Of a DNA stretch of 64,000 nt, positions 47,151 through 57,673 are shown piece by piece. The DNA is from a virus (Duplodnaviria; Caudoviricetes), in the IMG/VR virus record IMGVR_UViG_3300011008_000049, positions 32,001-96,000 of that record. One strand, written 5' to 3'. Within the stretch, counting starts at the first letter, position 1. Each line of letters starts with the position of its first letter. The notes below the pieces were generated by a model that ran no database searches, was not told the DNA's origin, and saw only the letters and a program-made list of their open reading frames with translations. The position numbers were made by a program, and so were the translations under genes.

Positions 47151-47765
47151 TTGATGGCGGAAAATCAGAACGTTGAACGGTTTGAACAATTATTGAGAAG
47201 CACAAAAAGGGACGGTATAGAAGGACTGATTGATTTTATTAGGAAATCAGACTTCTATACTGCACCGGCATCAACAAGATACCATTCATGCCATGAAGGT
47301 GGATTGTTAGAGCATTCTCTTAATGTTTATGACTGTCTTAACGCAAAGTGTAAAAGTGAATTATGGAGTGAAATGAATGTTACGGAAGCAAACATTATTA
47401 TAACCGCTTTGCTCCATGATTTGTGTAAGAGTTATTATTACGGAACTGAAATCAAAAATAAAAAGGTTTATAGCGAACACGGAACAAAGTCTGATAGCAA
47501 TGGAAGATTTGATTGGGTATCTGCTCCTGCATATGTAGTTGACGATAAGATTCCATATGGTCATGGTGAAAAATCTGTCATGATGATTGAGGAATTTATT
47601 AAGTTAGAACCGGTTGAACGGTATGCTATTCGTTGGCACATGGGATTTACAGAACCAAAAGAAAGTTGGAATACGCTCGGTGTTGCAATTCGTAAATACC
47701 CGCTTGTTCTTGCTATGCACACTTCTGATTTGGAGGCTACATACCTGTTAGAAAAGGAAGAATAA
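47151..47765 (+). CDS. HD-domain hydrolase
   Basis: APAS..YH, GGLLEHS, LLHDLCK, HM. Confidence 0.85.
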   Translation: MMAENQNVERFEQLLRSTKRDGIEGLIDFIRKSDFYTAPASTRYHSCHEGGLLEHSLNVYDCLNAKCKSELWSEMNVTEANIIITALLHDLCKSYYYGTEIKNKKVYSEHGTKSDSNGRFDWVSAPAYVVDDKIPYGHGEKSVMMIEEFIKLEPVERYAIRWHMGFTEPKESWNTLGVAIRKYPLVLAMHTSDLEATYLLEKEE

Positions 47766-47766
47766 A

Positions 47767-48294
47767 ATGGGAAAACAGACTGACATTAAAACTTGTAGAT
47801 ATATAAATTGTAAACATCCAGATAAGAAGATTGATATTACAAAAGATGATTATAAACTTGTCGGCAAAACCGCGTATTATCATTCTGATTGCCTTAAAGA
47901 AAAGAAAAAAGGCGAATGGAAAGATGAGCAGACAAAGAATGACTTGCAGTATATCAAGAATCAATGGGTTTTACATATAAGCAAAACAGTTGTTTATAGT
48001 CAGTTGTTCAGTTGCCTCAACGAGCTTCTTGCTCGTGGTGTTTCCTCCGATTATCTTGTATTTGTTTTTGACTATATTGTTAAGAACAATTTGAATTTAA
48101 GGCATCCTCTCGGCTTCAAATATTTTGTGGATAAACCAAATATCAAGGATGCCTATGAGAAACAGCAGAAAGCGAAGAATGGAATTAAGAAACAATCTGA
48201 TTTTACTGCTGATGATAGTTCAGATGCTCCGACATTCAAACTAAATCAGAAGCCATTTGGATTTAAGAGCATTTTAGGAGGAGGTAAGCAGTGA
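47767..48294 (+). CDS. hypothetical protein preceding helicase
   Basis: CxxxxC...HxxC. Confidence 0.5.
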   Translation: MGKQTDIKTCRYINCKHPDKKIDITKDDYKLVGKTAYYHSDCLKEKKKGEWKDEQTKNDLQYIKNQWVLHISKTVVYSQLFSCLNELLARGVSSDYLVFVFDYIVKNNLNLRHPLGFKYFVDKPNIKDAYEKQQKAKNGIKKQSDFTADDSSDAPTFKLNQKPFGFKSILGGGKQ

Positions 48295-49637
48295 TGGATG
48301 TATCAGAACTTTCAGATATTCAATCAGAGAGCGGAGTAATTGGAACGCTGATTTATCATCCCGAATTCGTGCTACATACTGATTATCTCCACCCAGGCTA
48401 TTTCTACGGTGTAGAAAATGGCTGCATATATTGGGCGATTCAAGACCTCTATAAAGATGGGATTACAAACATTGATGCCTACAATGTTTCAAACAAATTA
48501 CAAAGTCATCCGGGAGTAGCAAAAACAATAGACAAGTACAATATGCCATCTGTTCAGGAGTTCATGGAACTTTATAAAGAAACGGCTCGGCATAGTCTTG
48601 AAGAATATAAAATGCTTGCAGACAACATTGTAACTCTTGCATTTAAGCGTGATTTGGTCAAAGTCTTAAACAAAATATCAGACGATTGTTTTCATAAGGA
48701 TTGCGACCTTGATGTATTGAGTAACAACGTATATGACGAGCTTGATAAACTAACTCAAAAATTTATATCTTCAAAAGAAGTACATACTATCGGAAATGAC
48801 ATTGATGATATTTGGAACGAAATATGTAGTAGAAGAACGGAAGATGGTTTATATGGAATTCCGTCTAAATACCGAATATTCAATGAGTATTTCACATTTG
48901 AAACCGGAGAGTTGGTTGTTGTTCAGGCGAAATATAAACGCGGCAAGTCTGTTCTGCTCATGAATGAGGTTGTTCATAAACTGAAAAATGGTGTTCCGAC
49001 TCTTGTTATTGATACAGAGATGAAAACAAGACTTTACACTGAAAGACTTATATCTCATTTGACCGGAATTGAAATCAAGAGAATAAAAAACGGTCAATAT
49101 TCAGAAGCAGAGGCAGATAAAATTAAATCTTGCATTGGCTGGCTGAAGGAACAACCATTCGTGCATATCTATGACCCAAACATCACGAATGAAAAGATGT
49201 ATTCGATATGTAAAATGCTCAAATACAAAATCGGATTAACATTCGTTGTATTTGACTACATAAAATCAAACGAAACATCTACAAGCGACAACTATAACAT
49301 TCTTGGTGCAAAATGTGATTTCCTCAAAAACAAAATCGCCGGAGAACTCGATTTAGCTGTTTTATCTGCTTGCCAGTTAAATCGAAGCGGAGAGGTTGCA
49401 GATAGCGACAAAATCAATAGGTATCTTTCTGTCGGGATTAAATGGGATTACAAGTCCCAGGAAATGATAGCAAAAGACGGGATGGAATGTGGAAACACAT
49501 ATGCAAAGATATATGTTAATCGTCTTGGGGAACAAATGCAGGAAGATGATGAAGAAGATTATATTGACTTTGTGTTTGCGGGCGACACAATGACAATTAT
49601 CGAAGCACAGCAGCACGATAGAGATAGCAAATTTTAA
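48291..49637 (+). CDS. DnaB-like replicative helicase
   Basis: KRGKS Walker A, DTEM, FDY, QLNR. Confidence 0.88.
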   Translation: MMDVSELSDIQSESGVIGTLIYHPEFVLHTDYLHPGYFYGVENGCIYWAIQDLYKDGITNIDAYNVSNKLQSHPGVAKTIDKYNMPSVQEFMELYKETARHSLEEYKMLADNIVTLAFKRDLVKVLNKISDDCFHKDCDLDVLSNNVYDELDKLTQKFISSKEVHTIGNDIDDIWNEICSRRTEDGLYGIPSKYRIFNEYFTFETGELVVVQAKYKRGKSVLLMNEVVHKLKNGVPTLVIDTEMKTRLYTERLISHLTGIEIKRIKNGQYSEAEADKIKSCIGWLKEQPFVHIYDPNITNEKMYSICKMLKYKIGLTFVVFDYIKSNETSTSDNYNILGAKCDFLKNKIAGELDLAVLSACQLNRSGEVADSDKINRYLSVGIKWDYKSQEMIAKDGMECGNTYAKIYVNRLGEQMQEDDEEDYIDFVFAGDTMTIIEAQQHDRDSKF

Positions 49638-49657
49638 CGAATAGGAGGCAAGGTTGG

Positions 49658-50668
49658 ATGAATTATGATGACGATACATTAAAAGAAATCAATGATAATG
49701 CCGACCTTTTATCCTATGTTCAGCAAACATTAGACCTTGAACAGCGTGGCAATGACTATTTTGCTCATTGCCCGCTGCATGAGGATAAAACCCCTTCTCT
49801 ATCATTTACTCCATCAAAAAACTCATATTACTGCTTTTCGTGCGGTAAATCTGGAGGAATGATTGGTTATTTGATGGATTTTGAGGGAATGGAGTTTGAA
49901 GATGCTGTTGCAAAAGCAGCGGCTCTTGCAGATGTTGACCTCGGCAAAATGTGTCAATCTAAAACAATGACATTGCTCAAAAGATTGAGAGTATTTAATG
50001 CTGCACAAAGCGTTAAAGAAAAATATATACATGATATTCTTCCAAGTTCTGAACTAACCAAATATCAGAAAGGCAAAGTTGATGAATGGTTAGAAGAAGG
50101 AATAGAGCAAGATGTAATGGATTTATTTGATGTTAGAATTGACACAATCGGTAACAGAATTGTTTACCCTGTTTATGATATTGATGGGAATTTAATTAAT
50201 ATCAAAGGAAGAACAAGATATAGCAATTATAAGGCGTTGAAGTTGCCAAAATACATTAATTACTACAAAGTCGGAGTAATGGATTACTTTCAGGGATTGA
50301 ACATAACTCTCCCATATGTTCAAGAAGAAAACGAAATTATTATTTTTGAATCAATTAAATCGGTAATGAAAGCATACGGATGGGGTTATAAAAATTGTGC
50401 TTCTGCCGAAAAGCACACATTAACTCCCGAACAAATTGATTTGCTTGTAAAGTTAAAGGTCAATGTTGTTCTTGCTTATGATTCAGATGTTAATTACAAA
50501 AAAGATGAAGTAAAACAAAATCTTGATATTTTGCGCAGAGTGACAAATGTTTATATTGTTGATGACCCGCAAAAGTTACTTGGTGGTGCAAAAGCAAAGA
50601 ACGCTCCGGCTGACTGTGGTTTAGATATATGGGAAGAATTATATTTCAATAAAAGAAAGGTGGTGTAA
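49658..50668 (+). CDS. DNA primase (CHC2 zinc finger + TOPRIM)
   Basis: CPLHEDKTPS, CFSC, AYDSD. Confidence 0.88.
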   Translation: MNYDDDTLKEINDNADLLSYVQQTLDLEQRGNDYFAHCPLHEDKTPSLSFTPSKNSYYCFSCGKSGGMIGYLMDFEGMEFEDAVAKAAALADVDLGKMCQSKTMTLLKRLRVFNAAQSVKEKYIHDILPSSELTKYQKGKVDEWLEEGIEQDVMDLFDVRIDTIGNRIVYPVYDIDGNLINIKGRTRYSNYKALKLPKYINYYKVGVMDYFQGLNITLPYVQEENEIIIFESIKSVMKAYGWGYKNCASAEKHTLTPEQIDLLVKLKVNVVLAYDSDVNYKKDEVKQNLDILRRVTNVYIVDDPQKLLGGAKAKNAPADCGLDIWEELYFNKRKVV

Positions 50669-50672
50669 GGAT

Positions 50673-51479
50673 ATGGATGAAGTGCAAAATAATGAACACA
50701 AAACTCGTTGGTCATATTCTCGTACCACCTGTTTTGGTCATTGCAAGTATGAATTTTATTTAGATTACATTATCAATGATGACAAACAATATCTTTCTGA
50801 AGGTAACTACTATGCAGAAGTAGGCAGTTATGTTCATGAGATATTGGCAATGATTTTCTCCGGAGAATTGAAAGTTGAAGATGCTCTCGATTACTACATA
50901 GACCATTATGATGACTATGTTTGCTATAAGGTCAAAAAATCAACAATGGACAAAACATTTGAATTGATTGCAGACTATTTCGCCAGCCTCGATATTGATT
51001 GGTTAAAAGACTATGAGATTCTTGGAGTTGAACTTGAAACAAAATTCAAATTAGACAAATATGATTTCATTGGCTATATTGACCTGTTGTTAAGAGATAA
51101 AAGGGATGGGAAGATAGTTGTTCTTGACCACAAGAGTGCTGAATATCCTTTCAAGTTAAATGGTGATGTAAAGAAAAATTCGCAGCATAGTTTTGAATTA
51201 TATAAAAAGCAGATGTACTTATACTGCCATGCAATCCATCAGATTTATGGCGAATATCCAAAAGAAATCACATGGAATCATTTTAAGGATGGCGGCAAGT
51301 TTGCCACAATTCCGTTCATCAAAGACGAATACGATGAAACCATAAAATGGTTTAGGGACACCTTACAAACAATCGAAAAAGAAAAGGATTATGAACCGTC
51401 AGAAGATTTCTTTTACTGCCATAATTTGTGCAATTTCCGAAACAGTTGTGAGTATAAGATAGCTTCAAGTAAAAGGTGA
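50673..51479 (+). CDS. PD-(D/E)XK (RecB/Cas4-like) exonuclease
   Basis: SYSR, GYID, DHKS, Q..LY, C-terminal Cys cluster. Confidence 0.82.
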   Translation: MDEVQNNEHKTRWSYSRTTCFGHCKYEFYLDYIINDDKQYLSEGNYYAEVGSYVHEILAMIFSGELKVEDALDYYIDHYDDYVCYKVKKSTMDKTFELIADYFASLDIDWLKDYEILGVELETKFKLDKYDFIGYIDLLLRDKRDGKIVVLDHKSAEYPFKLNGDVKKNSQHSFELYKKQMYLYCHAIHQIYGEYPKEITWNHFKDGGKFATIPFIKDEYDETIKWFRDTLQTIEKEKDYEPSEDFFYCHNLCNFRNSCEYKIASSKR

Positions 51480-51482
51480 AAT

Positions 51483-54400
51483 ATGTATAAGAATTACCAT
51501 AAACATGACCACTACGGCAATCCGTGGGCTATGGATGTTGTAGTAAAACCAGAAGAATATTGTAAACGTGCTATTGAACTTGGTCATGATTCTGTATTTA
51601 CTGTCAATCATGGTGTTACAGGAAATATATTTGAATGGATGGAATTATCCAAACAATATGGCTTGAAAATGCACTATGGCACAGAAGCATATTATGTCAA
51701 GGATAGGTTTGAAAAAGATAGAAGCAATAAACACTTAATTGTTATTGCCAAGAACAATGACGGTGTAATGCAATTAAATGACATTATGACAGAAGCACAC
51801 TCTACGGGTTTCTATTACAAGCCAAGAATTGACTATGAACTTTTATGTTCATTGAATCCAAGCAACTTTGTTATTACAACTGCCTGTGTTGCTGGTATCT
51901 GGAATGAACCGGAATTGATACTTGCCTTACATAGAAAGTTTGGTAAGAATTTTTTCCTTGAAGTACAAGCGCATCCGATTGATATTCAGGTTGAGGTAAA
52001 TAAAGAAATTCTACGATTAAGTAAAGAAGCAAAAATACCTATTATCCACGCAAATGATAGCCATTACATATATCCAGAAGATTCGAGATATAGAGAGATT
52101 CTTCAAAAAGCAAAAGAAATGAATTACGAATATGAAGATGAAATGGTTTTGGATTATCCGGATGAAGATGAAATATATCACAGATATGAGAAACAGGGTG
52201 TTCTTACAAGAGAGCAAGTGAAAGCAGCATTAGATAATACTATGATATTTGATGAATGCGAACCAATCACTCTCATAAATGATGATATTAAGTTACCATC
52301 TGTTTCTGCTCAACCAATGGAGGACTTAAAAACCATTATCCGAGAACAATGGAAAATTGAAAGAAATAGCATTCCAAAGGAATTATGGAAGAAATACACA
52401 GATGCTATTTCCTATGAATTGGATATTGTTGACAGAACAAATATGGCAAATTATTTCCTTATTGATTATAAGGTGGCGAAAGACGGTCAAGAAAAATATG
52501 ATGGTCGTTTAACGAACACGGGGCGTGGTTCTGCCCCATCATTCTATATTACTAAACTTCTCGGACTAACAGATATTGATAGAGTATCAGCACCAATTAC
52601 TCTATTCCCGACAAGGTTTATGTCTGTTGAAAGAATTCTCGGAACAAGAAGTTTGCCAGATATTGACCTTAATACAACAGATAGAGTTCCATTTATTAAA
52701 GCAACAGAAGATTTGCTTGGGGCAGAAAATTGTGCATGGATGCTTGCTTGGAAACCACTTCAAGATGCTTCTGCATTCAGAACATATTGCAAGGGAATTG
52801 GAAAAGACATTTCAGAATATGATAATGTTGCTAAAAACCTTGAATTGTATGAAAACGATAATAAATGGAAAGACATCATTAAAGAAAGTAAACGCTTTGT
52901 TGGTGTTATCGAGAGCATAAGCGAATCTCCATGTTCAATGCTTTTGTATGATAAGCCAGTTAGAAAAGAACTCGGATTGGTAAGAACCAGTAAAGATAAA
53001 CTGTGCTGCTTACTTGATGGTTATAATTGCGATAAATATAAATATCTGAAAAACGATTATTTAACCGTAACTGTATGGGCGATAATCAGAGACGTATGTA
53101 AACTCGCAAATATTCCGATTCCGACAATCAAAGAGATTGATGAACTGTTTGATGATAAAACTTTTGATATTTATAGAAAAGGTTTAACCAGTACAATCAA
53201 TCAGGCAGATAGTGATTTTGCAACTGGTCTTGTAACAAAGTATTGTCCGAAAAGTGTTTCAGAAATGTCTGCTTTTGTTGCGATTATCAGACCAGGATGC
53301 GCAAGTCTTTTACAAGACTTCATTGATAGAAAACCATACACAACCGGTGTGCCGGAACTCGATGAAATTCTTGTTGAGGGTAAGCACAGAATGATTTATC
53401 AGGAATTGATTATGAAATATCTGATTTGGCTTGGTATTCCAGAAACCGGCTCATACGATATTATCAAAAAGATTGCAAAAAAGAAATTCAAAGAAGAAGA
53501 ACTTGCAGACCTTAAAAAGAAGCTCCTTGTTGGTTGGAAGAACAGAGTAGGCAAAGAAGAAGGATTCATTGAAACGTGGACTGTTGTTGAACAGGCTGCA
53601 AAGTATTCCTTTAACGCATCTCACTCTTTATCCTACGCCTATGATAGTTTGTATGGGGCGTACCTGAAATCGCATTATCCGCTTGAATACTACACGGTTG
53701 CGCTTAACTATTATAATGGCGATTCAGATAGAACTCTAAAACTTACGAATGAATTATCAAACTTTGGAATTCAACTTAAACCCATTAAGTTTAGATTCTC
53801 AAAAAGTAACTATGCACCATCGAAAGATGACAACAGCATATATAAGGGTATAGAGAGTATTAAAAATATGAACGCCAAAGTTGCAGATGAAATCTATACT
53901 CTGAAAGACAATAAATATGATACTTTCATTGACTTATTAGAGGACATTTGCAGTAAGACCGGTACAAAGAAAAATCAAATAAGAATTCTGATTGAATTGG
54001 ATTTCTTTGCGGAATTTGGTGATGCGAATTTGCTTATGGCTCAATATGATTTCTTTGATAAATTTAATGACAGAAGCCAATTCAAAAAAGATGAGCTTCA
54101 AAAACTTAATATTCCTTTGGACTTAATAAGAAAATATTCTGGCAAAGAAACAGAAAAAATGTTTACAAGTGTTGATTTTGAATCTTTCGTTAGGGTTGCC
54201 ATTAACTATTTAACAGCGCCTCCGAGAAAACTTTCAGAGCAGATAAATGCTCAAACAGAATACCTCGGATATATAACAATTGCCGATGATAGATACAGTA
54301 GAATGGCGGCTGTTCTTTCAGTAGATACAAAATATTCTCCGAGATTAAAAATGTATTCTCTGAAAAACGGAACAACATTAGATTGCAAAATTGATAAAAA

Positions 54401-54563
54401 AACATTCAACAAAGAAAAACTTGCTGTTGGTAATATAGTCAGAATAAATGGAACAAAACAAAAGCCAAAGGTTAAGAAAAATGAAGAAACCGGTGAATGG
54501 GAAGCCATTCCTGGTACAAGCGAATTGTGGATTACAACATATCATAAACTTAACGATTTATAA
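51483..54563 (+). CDS. dnaE: DNA polymerase III alpha subunit
   Basis: PHP domain, GRGS, PDID, RPG, YSFN.SH. Confidence 0.92.
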   Translation: MYKNYHKHDHYGNPWAMDVVVKPEEYCKRAIELGHDSVFTVNHGVTGNIFEWMELSKQYGLKMHYGTEAYYVKDRFEKDRSNKHLIVIAKNNDGVMQLNDIMTEAHSTGFYYKPRIDYELLCSLNPSNFVITTACVAGIWNEPELILALHRKFGKNFFLEVQAHPIDIQVEVNKEILRLSKEAKIPIIHANDSHYIYPEDSRYREILQKAKEMNYEYEDEMVLDYPDEDEIYHRYEKQGVLTREQVKAALDNTMIFDECEPITLINDDIKLPSVSAQPMEDLKTIIREQWKIERNSIPKELWKKYTDAISYELDIVDRTNMANYFLIDYKVAKDGQEKYDGRLTNTGRGSAPSFYITKLLGLTDIDRVSAPITLFPTRFMSVERILGTRSLPDIDLNTTDRVPFIKATEDLLGAENCAWMLAWKPLQDASAFRTYCKGIGKDISEYDNVAKNLELYENDNKWKDIIKESKRFVGVIESISESPCSMLLYDKPVRKELGLVRTSKDKLCCLLDGYNCDKYKYLKNDYLTVTVWAIIRDVCKLANIPIPTIKEIDELFDDKTFDIYRKGLTSTINQADSDFATGLVTKYCPKSVSEMSAFVAIIRPGCASLLQDFIDRKPYTTGVPELDEILVEGKHRMIYQELIMKYLIWLGIPETGSYDIIKKIAKKKFKEEELADLKKKLLVGWKNRVGKEEGFIETWTVVEQAAKYSFNASHSLSYAYDSLYGAYLKSHYPLEYYTVALNYYNGDSDRTLKLTNELSNFGIQLKPIKFRFSKSNYAPSKDDNSIYKGIESIKNMNAKVADEIYTLKDNKYDTFIDLLEDICSKTGTKKNQIRILIELDFFAEFGDANLLMAQYDFFDKFNDRSQFKKDELQKLNIPLDLIRKYSGKETEKMFTSVDFESFVRVAINYLTAPPRKLSEQINAQTEYLGYITIADDRYSRMAAVLSVDTKYSPRLKMYSLKNGTTLDCKIDKKTFNKEKLAVGNIVRINGTKQKPKVKKNEETGEWEAIPGTSELWITTYHKLNDL

Positions 54564-54596
54564 TAAGGGTGAATAACACTATAACGGAGGAACAAA

Positions 54597-55034
54597 ATGA
54601 TTATTAACGAAATTACACAAGATTTATTTACTGTACCGCAAGGGTATTATCTTGCTCACTGTATTAGCGGTGATTATGCTCTTGGTGCTGGAATTGCAAA
54701 GAAATTTGATGAAGTTTATAACATGAAGTTTAAGCTCCATCGTAATTATGCAATCCCTGACGGAGAGAAATATGCGAATGTTGGTAGAGCATTGCTCGTT
54801 GACAATGTTTTTAATCTTGTAACAAAAGCAAGATGTTTCCATAAACCAACATATGATACGCTTTACGACACTCTCATTGATATGAGAGAACAATGCGAGG
54901 ACTATGACATCACAAAACTTGCAATGCCTCTTATTGGCTGCGGACTTGATAAACTCGATTGGGAGCAGGTCAGAGATGTAATCGAAGATGTGTTTGGAGA
55001 ATCAGACATTGAAATTTTAATTTGTAGACTTTGA
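54597..55034 (+). CDS. macrodomain protein (DarG/TARG1-like)
   Basis: AHCIS.D..LGAGIA, NLVTK, MP.IGCGLD. Confidence 0.9.
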   Translation: MIINEITQDLFTVPQGYYLAHCISGDYALGAGIAKKFDEVYNMKFKLHRNYAIPDGEKYANVGRALLVDNVFNLVTKARCFHKPTYDTLYDTLIDMREQCEDYDITKLAMPLIGCGLDKLDWEQVRDVIEDVFGESDIEILICRL

Positions 55035-55044
55035 GGTGAATACT

Positions 55045-56259
55045 ATGCCGGAAATCACACCACGTCATTTGGTTATGGTTACGGCTGGTGCTAACAACAA
55101 TAAGTATTATGATATGACACCACATGGAGATAGCTGGACTGCTACTTATGGAAGGATAGGTAGCAGTTCACAAACCAGAACTTATCCTATTAGCCAGTGG
55201 AATTCAAAATATAATGAAAAGGTCAAAAAGGGATATGTTGACCAAACAGACCTTGTTCAAGATTTAATTAGCACAGAAAAGCCGACACAATCAGAATATA
55301 AGGATATTGAAAATAAAGTTATTGCCGATATTGTTGATAGATTACAAAGTATGGCAAGGAAAGTCATTAGTGAAAACTATACAGTATCGTCAAACAAAGT
55401 AACACAGGCAATGGTTGACGAAGCGCAATCTATTATTACCGGATTACTTGATATAACGCAAGTTGATGAGTTTAATAATACTTTATTAAAACTGTTTACA
55501 ACCATTCCGAGAAAAATGTCATCTGTCGGAAATTACATAGCAAAAGATAGCAATGAATTTAACAAGATTATTAGCAGAGAGCAAGACCTTCTTGATGTTA
55601 TGAAAGGTCAGGTTGTTCAAAAACAGACAATAGATGAAGTCAAAAATGATAATCCTGTAAATGATAAAACAATTCTTGAACATCTTGGACTTGTCTTTGA
55701 GGAATGCTCATCTGATGATGTTGCAAAAATTAAAGTTGCTCTTGGTTCTTGCTCCGATAAGTTCCATAAAGCATGGAAAGTTACAAATCTTCGTACACAA
55801 GAGAGATTTGATAAATTTGTTAAAGACAATGATATTAAAGATGTAAGACTCTTATTCCACGGAAGCAGAAACGAGAATTGGTGGTCGATTATTCAAAGCG
55901 GTTTGGTTCTTCGTCCAACAAATGCAGTTATAACCGGAAAGATGTTCGGATATGGAATCTATTATGCACCAAAAGCAAGAAAGTCATTAGGATATACAAG
56001 TCTGGACGGTAGTTATTGGGCGAGAGGAAATTCAAACTCTGGATTTATGGCTTTGATGGATGTGGCATACGGAAAGCCATATGACGTGTATTCATTTGAT
56101 AGTAAATACTACGGATTTAATTATGATGCCTTGCAAAGAAATTGTCCGGGAGCAAACTGTTTACACGCACATGAAGGCAGTATGCTGCGCAATGATGAAA
56201 TAATCGTTTATAAAGAAGAACAGTGTACGATTAAATATTTGGTCGAATTAAGAAATTAA
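55045..56259 (+). CDS. WGR-domain PARP-like ADP-ribosyltransferase
   Basis: NNNKYY...YGRIG (WGR), FTTIP regulatory helix, HGSR / GKMFGYGIYYA / NDEIIVY (H-Y-E). Confidence 0.9.
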   Translation: MPEITPRHLVMVTAGANNNKYYDMTPHGDSWTATYGRIGSSSQTRTYPISQWNSKYNEKVKKGYVDQTDLVQDLISTEKPTQSEYKDIENKVIADIVDRLQSMARKVISENYTVSSNKVTQAMVDEAQSIITGLLDITQVDEFNNTLLKLFTTIPRKMSSVGNYIAKDSNEFNKIISREQDLLDVMKGQVVQKQTIDEVKNDNPVNDKTILEHLGLVFEECSSDDVAKIKVALGSCSDKFHKAWKVTNLRTQERFDKFVKDNDIKDVRLLFHGSRNENWWSIIQSGLVLRPTNAVITGKMFGYGIYYAPKARKSLGYTSLDGSYWARGNSNSGFMALMDVAYGKPYDVYSFDSKYYGFNYDALQRNCPGANCLHAHEGSMLRNDEIIVYKEEQCTIKYLVELRN

Positions 56260-56279
56260 AAATAATTTGGAATAACCTC

Positions 56280-56308
56280 TTGACATTACTTATGTAAAGT
56301 GATATAAT
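56280..56308 (+). promoter_or_regulatory. sigma-A promoter
   Basis: TTGACA-17-TATAAT. Confidence 0.85.
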
Positions 56309-56422
56309 AAATAAGACGGAAAAAGACCAAATTAAATGGTATCGCAAAGCCCATCCTATTTGGGTTTACCAGTACATCTATAATGATAAAACTATGATTT
56401 TATTTACATTTTTAATGAAAGG

Positions 56423-56893
56423 ATGGAATTCATGACAATTGAAGAATGTCAGCTTGCAACATATAAGCATATTGAAAAAGTTCGTGAGTTTATTCAATTC
56501 TTCATAAACAGATTAACAATCAGAGGAATAGAACACGACAAAACAAAATTAGAAAGTCCAGAAGTTGAGGTATTTGCTGAATATACTCCAAAACTTGCAG
56601 AGACAACATACGGCAGCGAAGAATACTTGAACTGTCTAAAAGAAATGAATGGCGCATTGCAGCACCATTATGCAAATTATAGACATCATCCAGAACACTT
56701 CGATAAAGGTATCAATGATATGAACCTTGTAGATATTGTTGAAATGTTTTGCGATTGGAAGGCTTCTTCTCTCCGGCAAATAGACGGTAATTTATTGAAA
56801 AGTATTGAGGCAAACGCAAGTAGATTCAATATGAACACACAATTAAAACAAATACTTATCAATACAGCAAAAATGTATGACGAGCAATTATAA
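56423..56893 (+). CDS. HD-like protein (DUF5662-like)
   Basis: HDKTK, HHY..RHHPEH, EM.CDW. Confidence 0.7.
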   Translation: MEFMTIEECQLATYKHIEKVREFIQFFINRLTIRGIEHDKTKLESPEVEVFAEYTPKLAETTYGSEEYLNCLKEMNGALQHHYANYRHHPEHFDKGINDMNLVDIVEMFCDWKASSLRQIDGNLLKSIEANASRFNMNTQLKQILINTAKMYDEQL

Positions 56894-56895
56894 CT

Positions 56896-57177
56896 ATGAT
56901 ATTTGAAGAAATGGAATTATATGTCTGTACTTTTGAAATAGAGAACGGACAACAGAAAACAACACAAACAATTAAAGCACCAAGATTTGTTTTACAACAG
57001 CAGTTTATTTCATGTGTGCAAGAAGCATCCCAATCAAGCACTCCAATCAAAATAAAGATGAGTCGTAAAGTTCCTATTTATGATAATTTCGATAATAAAT
57101 GGATTGAGCGTGAAGTAAGCATAACATTTGAAAATAAGTCTTATGAGGCTAAAAACAGAGGTGGTACAAGTGGTTGA
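56896..57177 (+). CDS. hypothetical protein
   Basis: ORF in operon. Confidence 0.45.
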   Translation: MIFEEMELYVCTFEIENGQQKTTQTIKAPRFVLQQQFISCVQEASQSSTPIKIKMSRKVPIYDNFDNKWIEREVSITFENKSYEAKNRGGTSG

Positions 57178-57673
57178 GATATTGGGTGGAGATGAATTGC
57201 GCAATTCTTTTCCGGCGTTAGGCATACAAGCCAAAAACACATATAGAGATTCAAGATATGAAGTTTGGGAATTATCAGATGACGATTTTGAAAAAATCTG
57301 TAATGTTCCCGATGAAGAATGGAGAGAAGATTGGGGTTGGTGGAGATGTGCAGAAGGTTGCAATCTTGACAGTTGCCCAACGCATTCCTTTAAGGTAAAT
57401 AATGAAGAAATGACTGGTTGGTATGATGAATATGCCCTTGATGAATTCATCGAATCAGAAAAAGAAATCAGAGAAGATGAACAAATATCAGATGAGGAAT
57501 TAACAAAAGAATTTTTGTCTACTGAATATTCTAATTTAACTGATTATCTTTCTCAAATGTTTGGTGCAAGCACAGAAAGGAATATATGCGCTATAAGCAT
57601 TGGTCTGGCAAAACTCAACGGTATTACACTCGGACAATTATTTGAAAAATATCAAGGAGGTCAAAATGGGTAA
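57170..57673 (+). CDS. acidic hypothetical protein
   Basis: RBS GAGGTG, GTG start. Confidence 0.5.
   Translation: MVEILGGDELRNSFPALGIQAKNTYRDSRYEVWELSDDDFEKICNVPDEEWREDWGWWRCAEGCNLDSCPTHSFKVNNEEMTGWYDEYALDEFIESEKEIREDEQISDEELTKEFLSTEYSNLTDYLSQMFGASTERNICAISIGLAKLNGITLGQLFEKYQGGQNG

Noticed and set aside
50673-51479. Cas4 / CRISPR adaptation gene
   Set aside because: Sits between primase and DnaE with no array; typical phage replication exonuclease
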